Translations under genes and position numbers: made by a program | Notes under the pieces: model-generated | What the model was told of the DNA's origin: nothing | Seen by the model: the letters and a program-made list of their open reading frames with translations, nothing else | The model's database searches: none | In this document: positions 22,431 through 32,000 of the stretch, one piece after another | How the letters are laid out: each line of letters begins with the position of its first letter | Numbering within the stretch: position 1 is the first letter of the stretch | NCBI RefSeq assembly: GCF_000284115.1 | Contig: NC_017080.1 | Location: 2,850,001 to 2,882,000, forward strand | Direction: 5' to 3' | DNA from: Phycisphaera mikurensis NBRC 102666 | GTDB taxonomy: Bacteria; Planctomycetota; Phycisphaerae; Phycisphaerales; Phycisphaeraceae | DNA length: 32,000 nucleotides

Positions 22431-24032
22431 ATGTACGCCTCCCACGGTTTCCTGCGCTCGGACATCGGCGACGTCGACGTCGTGTTCCACGACGGGCTCT
22501 ACCACCTGTTCCACCTGGTGCTGCCCAACCACGACTTCATCGCCCACGCCGTGAGCGACGACGCACTCAATTGGCGGCGGGTGAAGAACGCCCTCTTCGT
22601 CGGCGATCCCGGGGAGTGGGACGACGACATGCTCTGGACGATGCACGTGAGCCGCAACCCCGACCAGGGGCCGGGCCAGCCCGCGTGGCGGATGTTCTAC
22701 ACCGGGCTCTCGCGGCGGGAGTACGGCCGGATCCAGCGGGTGGGCCTGGCGACGAGCAACGACCTGCTGACCTGGGAGCGCTGCACCACGGTCCCGGGGC
22801 TGCCGCTGGAGGCCGACGGCCGCTTCTACGAGAGCACGACCGAGGAGGGGCGGCACTGGGTGAGCTTCCGCGACCCGTTCTTCCACCACGACCCCCAGAC
22901 CGGCACGCGGGAGCTGCTGGTCGCCGGCCGCATCAAGACCGGCCCGGTGATCCGCCGCGGCTGCGTGGCCCGCTACGCGGAGCGGCCCGACGGGAGCTTC
23001 GAGGCGCGGCCGCCGCTGCACCGGCCGGGGCTGTACGACGACATCGAGGTGCCCGCGGTCTTCCGGCTCGGCGACCGCCACTTCATGATCGGCAGCATCC
23101 GCGAGGACGTGAAGATCCACTACTGGCACGCCGACACCGCCGACGGCCCCTTCGAGAACTTCTTCGACAACGTGCTGCTGCCCAAGGGCAACTACGCCGG
23201 CCGCATCACGCAGCTGCCCGACGGCCGCGTGCTGCTGTTCAACTTCTTCGCGAAGCAGGAGAGCCTCGGCGGCCGCGACATCGTCCGCAAGATGCTGCCG
23301 CCGCCCAAGGAGCTGGAGGTGGACGGCTCGGGCCGCCTGCGTGTCCGCAGCTACTCGGGCTACGACGACAAGGTCGAGAGCCAGCGCTGCGCCGCCGAGC
23401 TGTGCCCGCTGCGGCCGCTCTTCGAGCACGAGAACGCCCGGGGCGGCGTGGACGCGGACGGCACGCTGCACCTCTCGACCCGCAGCGGGTACCAGGGCTT
23501 CCTGCTGCAGGGCGAGCACCACCACTTCCGCCTGAAGGCGCGGCTGTCGCTGGAGGGCAACGGCAAGTGCGGCATGCTGCTGCACAGCGACGGCGAGGGA
23601 AACGGCTACTACCTCTCGCTGGACCTCATCAAGGGCGTCGCGCAGCTGCGGGCTTGGGGCACCCGCGAGGGCGGCAGCGTGGAGACGGCCTTCCTCTACC
23701 ACGGCCTCCAGGCCGGCTACTGGGTGAGCGACCCGGCGGGCCCCTGGGAGATCCAGGTGCTCTCGCACGGCATGTACCGCGAGGTGTGTATCAACGGGCA
23801 GGTGCTGCTCACCCTCGCCGACGACACGTTCGCGAACGGCGGCCTGGGCTTCTACACCGAGTCGGCCGCGCTGCGGGTGGAGGACCTGGTGGTCGAGGAG
23901 CTGACCCCGCCGCTGGAGGAGGACCACCAGATGCCCTTCTGCACGACCACCGAGTCCGACCCCGAGCGCGGCGACGGCGTGGGCGCCGGCGCCGGCATGA
24001 GCGTGGGCGTGAGCGGCGGGCAGATGGTCTAG
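22431..24032 (+). CDS. Glycoside hydrolase, GH32/GH43-like five-bladed propeller with a C-terminal beta-sandwich (ConA/DUF1080-like)
   Basis: Motifs line up with GH32 blocks: GDVDVVFHDGLYHLFH (the G.YHLFYQ block), WVSFRDPFF (the RDP block) and DDIEVPAVFRLG (the EC-P block). The C-terminal region (FRLKARLSLEGNGKCGMLLH...NGGLGFYTESAALRVEDLVVEEL) looks like a lectin/glucanase fold. I prefer ATG 22431; the alternative GTG 22338 lies inside a repeat element. Confidence 0.55.
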   Translation: MYASHGFLRSDIGDVDVVFHDGLYHLFHLVLPNHDFIAHAVSDDALNWRRVKNALFVGDPGEWDDDMLWTMHVSRNPDQGPGQPAWRMFYTGLSRREYGRIQRVGLATSNDLLTWERCTTVPGLPLEADGRFYESTTEEGRHWVSFRDPFFHHDPQTGTRELLVAGRIKTGPVIRRGCVARYAERPDGSFEARPPLHRPGLYDDIEVPAVFRLGDRHFMIGSIREDVKIHYWHADTADGPFENFFDNVLLPKGNYAGRITQLPDGRVLLFNFFAKQESLGGRDIVRKMLPPPKELEVDGSGRLRVRSYSGYDDKVESQRCAAELCPLRPLFEHENARGGVDADGTLHLSTRSGYQGFLLQGEHHHFRLKARLSLEGNGKCGMLLHSDGEGNGYYLSLDLIKGVAQLRAWGTREGGSVETAFLYHGLQAGYWVSDPAGPWEIQVLSHGMYREVCINGQVLLTLADDTFANGGLGFYTESAALRVEDLVVEELTPPLEEDHQMPFCTTTESDPERGDGVGAGAGMSVGVSGGQMV

Positions 24033-24186
24033 AAGCGCCGCTTGGTGCGCAACGCCGCGGCGCCCCCGCCGGGTCCCGCCGCGTGGTCCCGCCTCCCCGC
24101 GGGCCCGGCCCCCGCGGGGCCGCCCGCCCCGGCCGAGCCGGCGAATCGACGCGAAAGCCGGTCCGCGAGGCCTAGCGTGAGGCCAC

Positions 24187-25557
24187 ATGGACACTCCGAA
24201 GCACCTCCAAGGGCTCCCCCACGTCGTCGTTCTCGGCGCGGGCTTCGCCGGCTTGAACTTCTGCAAGAGCTTCGACGGCCGGGCCCGGGTGACGCTGGTG
24301 GACCGCCAGAACCACCACCTCTTCCAGCCGCTGCTGTACCAGGTGGCGATGGCCGCGCTGTCGGCGCCCGAGATCGCCGAGCCGGTCCGCACGATCTTCC
24401 GCGACCGCGAGAACGTGGTGGTGCTGATGGACGAGGCGAAGAAGATCGACCTGCAGAAGCGGGAGGTCGAGCTGGCGCAGAACACGCTCAAGTACGACTA
24501 CCTCGTGTGCGGCCTCGGCGGCACGAAGACCTACTTCGGCAACGAGCAGTGGGAGGCGCTGGCGCCGGGGCTCAAGAGCCTCGAGGACGCGATGCGGATC
24601 CGTCGCCACCTGCTGCAGAGCTTCGAGCGGGCGGAGACGACCAACGACCCCGAGGAGCGGAAACGCCTGATGACGATCGTCGTCGTCGGCGGCGGGCCCA
24701 CCGGCGTCGAGCTCGCCGGCTCGATGGCGGAGCTGTGCAAGCGGGTCTTCAAGAAGGACTTCCGCCGCATCGACACCCGCGAGTCACGCGTGATCCTCGT
24801 GCACTCCAACGGCCGGATCCTCGAGGAGTACCCCGAGGACCTCTCCGAGAGCGGGAAGAAGCAGCTCGCCAGCCTCGGCGTCGAGATCATCCTCGACAAC
24901 AAGGTCGTCGACATCCAGCGCCACCACGTCGAGCTCTCCGACGGCACCCGCATCGACACCGAGAACGTGCTCTGGGGCGCCGGCGTGAAGGCGAACCCGA
25001 TCACCGCGGGGCTCGGCATCGAGCTGGCCCGCGGCGGCCGGGTCCCCGTCGACCCGGACCTGTCGCTGGCGAGCCGGGGCCATCCGGAGGTCTTCTTCGT
25101 CGGCGACATCGTGTCGATCCGGCAGGAGGACGGCGAGCCGGTGCCCGGCGTGGCGCCGGCCGCGATCCAGATGGGCAAGCACGTCGCCAGGCTCATCGAG
25201 GAGCGGCTGGAGCGGCAGGTCATGAGCTCCGCCGGCGGCGACGCCACCCGGCCCTTCCGCTACTGGGACAAGGGCATGATGGCGACGATCGGCCGCATGC
25301 GGGCCGTCGCCTGGACCGGCGACATCCCGCTGATCCGCGGCCTGAAGATGACCGGGCTGCTCGCGTGGCTCGGCTGGTTGACCATCCACATCGCCTACCT
25401 CGTGGGCTTCCGGAACCGCGTGGCGGTGTTCCTGTCGTGGGTCTACTCGTACGCCAGCTTCCGCCGGGGGGCCCGCATCATCATCTCGCCCGAGCAGGAC
25501 GTCAGCGACCACGACGCGACGAGCTCGGCGGTCGACACGGTCGCCTTGCCGGCCTGA
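24187..25557 (+). CDS. ndh: Type II NADH dehydrogenase (NDH-2)
   Basis: HVVVLGAGFAGLNFCKSF (first Rossmann GxGxxG), VTLVDRQNHHLFQPLLYQVA, VVVGGGPTGVELAG (second dinucleotide site) and VFFVGD. 456 aa. Confidence 0.9.
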   Translation: MDTPKHLQGLPHVVVLGAGFAGLNFCKSFDGRARVTLVDRQNHHLFQPLLYQVAMAALSAPEIAEPVRTIFRDRENVVVLMDEAKKIDLQKREVELAQNTLKYDYLVCGLGGTKTYFGNEQWEALAPGLKSLEDAMRIRRHLLQSFERAETTNDPEERKRLMTIVVVGGGPTGVELAGSMAELCKRVFKKDFRRIDTRESRVILVHSNGRILEEYPEDLSESGKKQLASLGVEIILDNKVVDIQRHHVELSDGTRIDTENVLWGAGVKANPITAGLGIELARGGRVPVDPDLSLASRGHPEVFFVGDIVSIRQEDGEPVPGVAPAAIQMGKHVARLIEERLERQVMSSAGGDATRPFRYWDKGMMATIGRMRAVAWTGDIPLIRGLKMTGLLAWLGWLTIHIAYLVGFRNRVAVFLSWVYSYASFRRGARIIISPEQDVSDHDATSSAVDTVALPA

Positions 25558-25712
25558 GCCGGCGGCCGCGGCGCGGTGGCTCATCGGCGCAGGCCCTCCC
25601 CGCCCGGGCGTGGGCGTGCGGGTGGAGGACGCGGTTCGCGGGTAGCTTGGCCGCGCACGCCCGCGCCCGCGCCCCGCCGCGGACGCCCCGCCTCCCCCCA
25701 CCGCGACCCGCT

Positions 25713-26927
25713 TTGCCCGCCGCCTGCTTCTACTTCCAGCTCCACCAGCCCCGGCGGCTGCGTCGGTTCACCGCCTTCGACGGCGGGACGGACTACTTCG
25801 ACGAGGCGGCGAACGCGGAGATCCTCCGCCGCGTCGCCACCCGCAGCTACCTGCCTGGGCTCCGCCTGCTGCGGGGCATGCTCGCCGAGGGCGGCGCCGA
25901 GTCGATGCGGGTGGGCCTCTCGGTGACCGGCGAGCTCATGGAGCAGCTCGCCGAGCACGCGCCCGCCGTGCTCGAGGAGCTCGCGGCGCTCGCCGCCACC
26001 GGGAAGGCGGAGTTCCTCGGCGAGACCTACCACCACAGCCTCGCGTCCTTCTACGACCTCGACGAGTTCGAGTCCCAGGTGGTGCGGCACGCCGAGGCGG
26101 TCCGGGAGCGCTTCGGCCAGACGCCGGTCGTGTTCCGCAACACCGAGCTGCTCTACAGCGACGCGCTGGCGGCGCAGCTGGTGGAGCTCGGCGGCTACAC
26201 CGGCGTGCTCACCGAGGGCGTCGAGCGTTCCCTCGGGGGCCGCAGCCCCAACCGGCTCTACGCGCCGGCGTTGCCGCCGGCGGCCCCCGCCGACGCCCAC
26301 GCGGACGCTCCGGCCGCCACGCCGCCGGCGATCCTGCTGCGGAACCACCCGCTCTCGGACGCCATCGGCTTCCGCTTCGGCGTCTCCGGCCCCCACGGCG
26401 GCCGCCTGACCGCCACGCACTACGCGCGGCTGCTCGCCGACCAGCCCGGCGACGTGGTCGGCGTGTTCCTCGACTTCGAGGTCTTCGGCGAGCACCAAGC
26501 CGGGCCGAAGCACACCTTCGACTTCCTCGCCGGCCTCCCCGAGGCGCTGGCGAGTGCCGGCGTGCCCTGCGTCGCCCCCGCCGAAGCCATCGACCTGTAC
26601 CGCCCCGTCGGCCGCCTCGCCGCGCCCAAGGCGATCAGCTGGGCCGACCGAGAGCGGGACCTCTCGGCGTGGCTCGGCAACGCCATGCAAGCCAGCGCCG
26701 CCGCGGACCACTACGCGCTGGCCGGGGCGATCGCCCGGAGCGGCGACGAGCCGCTTCTCCGCGACTGGCGCCGGCTCTCCAACTCGGATCACCTCTACTA
26801 CATGTCGACCAAGGGCGAGGGGGACGGGGCGGTGCACCGGTCGTTCAGCCCTTACGAGTCGCCCTACGCCGCGTACATCAACTACATGAACGTGCTGGAC
26901 TCGCTGCGGGCGCGGGCGCGGGGTTGA
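25713..26927 (+). CDS. Glycoside hydrolase family 57 (alpha-amylase-like)
   Basis: 3' part of track ORF 24042..26927. TTG 25713 gives the N-terminus (M)PAACFYFQLHQPRRLRRF, typical of GH57. Further GH57 blocks: GETYHHSL, FRNTELLY, LDFEVFGEH and NSDHLYYMSTKG. Confidence 0.8.
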   Translation: MPAACFYFQLHQPRRLRRFTAFDGGTDYFDEAANAEILRRVATRSYLPGLRLLRGMLAEGGAESMRVGLSVTGELMEQLAEHAPAVLEELAALAATGKAEFLGETYHHSLASFYDLDEFESQVVRHAEAVRERFGQTPVVFRNTELLYSDALAAQLVELGGYTGVLTEGVERSLGGRSPNRLYAPALPPAAPADAHADAPAATPPAILLRNHPLSDAIGFRFGVSGPHGGRLTATHYARLLADQPGDVVGVFLDFEVFGEHQAGPKHTFDFLAGLPEALASAGVPCVAPAEAIDLYRPVGRLAAPKAISWADRERDLSAWLGNAMQASAAADHYALAGAIARSGDEPLLRDWRRLSNSDHLYYMSTKGEGDGAVHRSFSPYESPYAAYINYMNVLDSLRARARG

Positions 26928-27188
26928 GGCACCCCCGAGGGAGCCGGGCCCTCTGGACCGACCCGGGCCGTCGCTCCCGAGGGAGCCGTCCGTCCGCGGC
27001 GGTTCGAGCCGGAGGACGGGCCCTCCGGGGGAAGCGAGGACACCAGCCCCCCCCCGCCGCGGCGTCGCATCCGACCGCAGCCGGAGCGCAGCGGCCCAGC
27101 GCTCCTCGGTGCCGAGCCGCAGCGAGGAGGCGTCCCTCCGCCCGCCGGGGCTTCCGGGCCACCCGCAACGCCGCTCTAAACTTCGCGC

Positions 27189-31346
<4,158 letters not shown>

Positions 31347-31662
31347 CGCTCCTCCCGAGAGCAGCCCGCCCGCTCGAGAGCCCGTCGTTCGTGGACGAGG
31401 CGCGTGGGCCGCACGCCCGACACCCCGGGAGGTCGATCGAGGCAGGAGCCTGCCGAGTCGGGCAGAAGCCGGTCACGAGGACGAGCAACCCTTGTCGGCC
31501 GCTGCCGCTGAGCATGCAGACGGCGCCGGCAGGAGGGTCGCACGCGACGGGGGCGCGGGCGGCGAACCCGCCGCCGCCAGGAGACCGCGGCGGAGGATGA
31601 GACGGCGGCGACCGGGTGGCCCCTCCGCCCAGACGCTGAGGGCCGAACCGCCTGCTGCGAGC

Positions 31663-32000
31663 GCGGCCAGGCGTGGCTGCGCGAGCTGAGCGGCAACGCC
31701 GCTCTGTCTGGCTTGTGCACGAGGAAGCTGGATCGCGACGCGGACAGCGTGGCGTCGCCACGCAGCTATCGCAGCCAGGCTGGCTTCGCGAGCTGAGCGG
31801 CGACGCCGCTCTGTCTGGCTTGTGCGCGAGGGAGCTGGGTCGCGACCCGGACAGCGTGGCGTCGCCACGCAGCTAGCGCGGCCAGGCTGGCTTCGAGAGC
31901 TGAGCGGCGACGCCGCTCTGTCTGCTTGTGCGCAAAGGAGCTGGATTGGCGACGCGGCCAGGCTGGCTTCGCGAGCTGAGCGGCGACGCCGCTCTGTCTG
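31663..32000. repeat. Second tandem array of the same repeat family as 3761-4393 (two 107-bp long units, then 76/77-bp short units), running off the window end
   Basis: The landmark (G/A)ACGCCGCTCTGTCTG occurs at 31695, 31802, 31909 and 31985 (spacings 107, 107, 76). The orientation is the same as the first array. The units share ...ggccaggctggcttcgagagc(t)gagcggcgacgccgctctgtctg... Confidence 0.95.

Noticed and set aside
21966-24491. 841-aa minus-strand ORF, and the 534-aa plus-strand ORF at 22571..24175
   Set aside because: They are shadow frames over the GH32-like gene. Only frame +3 (22431..24032) shows conserved hydrolase blocks and normal amino-acid composition.
26951-26999. A sixth copy of the 46-bp palindromic element after the GH57 gene
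   Set aside because: The left arm matches only 7 of 10 positions (ctctggaccg), the right arm 9 of 10, and the spacer is 29 nt rather than 26. This is too weak to count, so it is mentioned only as a possible decayed copy.

Overview
This is a very GC-rich (roughly 70-75% by eye) bacterial chromosomal segment. I call 21 protein genes and 2 tRNAs from six-frame translations, motif recognition and hand folding; no searches were run. Because of the GC content, almost every real gene has a long antisense or out-of-frame shadow ORF in the track. I chose frames by recognisable protein motifs and start-codon context.

Gene content is mostly housekeeping:
- Left end: a membrane-anchored FKBP isomerase, and an ABC substrate-binding protein plus a single permease.
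- Minus-strand operon (acyl carrier protein (ACP), hotdog dehydratase, gamma-carbonic-anhydrase-like left-handed beta-helix (LbH) protein), then cstA, a secreted hypothetical protein and a second FabZ-like hotdog.
- ftsK, convergent with a 920-aa FHA-transmembrane-vWA protein.
- tRNA-Glu(UUC) and tRNA-Pro(CGG), followed by cimA/leuA-family synthase, def, an HU-like protein and bioF.
- Mn-catalase, a DUF4142-like protein, a GH32-like hydrolase, NDH-2, a GH57 amylase and dnaE.

I recognised no transposase, integrase, CRISPR/cas or known defence gene.

The features worth following up are mainly non-coding:
1. Two tandem arrays of one repeat family (short 76-77 bp units, long 106-107 bp units) at 3761-4393 and at 31663 to the window end.
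2. A dispersed 46-bp palindromic element, CCGCGGACCG-N26-CGGTCCGCGG, with 4 perfect copies and 1-2 degenerate copies, all intergenic and all with the same 26-nt spacing.
3. A 400-bp structured non-coding gap between tRNA-Pro and cimA, holding a duplicated terminator and a 60-nt hairpin with a half-copy.
4. A perfect 17-bp stem-loop in the Mn-catalase leader.
5. An atypical ACP / hotdog / LbH operon.
6. The FHA-TM-vWA protein next to ftsK.

All functional interpretations of these are inference. A guess of Planctomycetota (Phycisphaerae-like) origin is weak and unverified.
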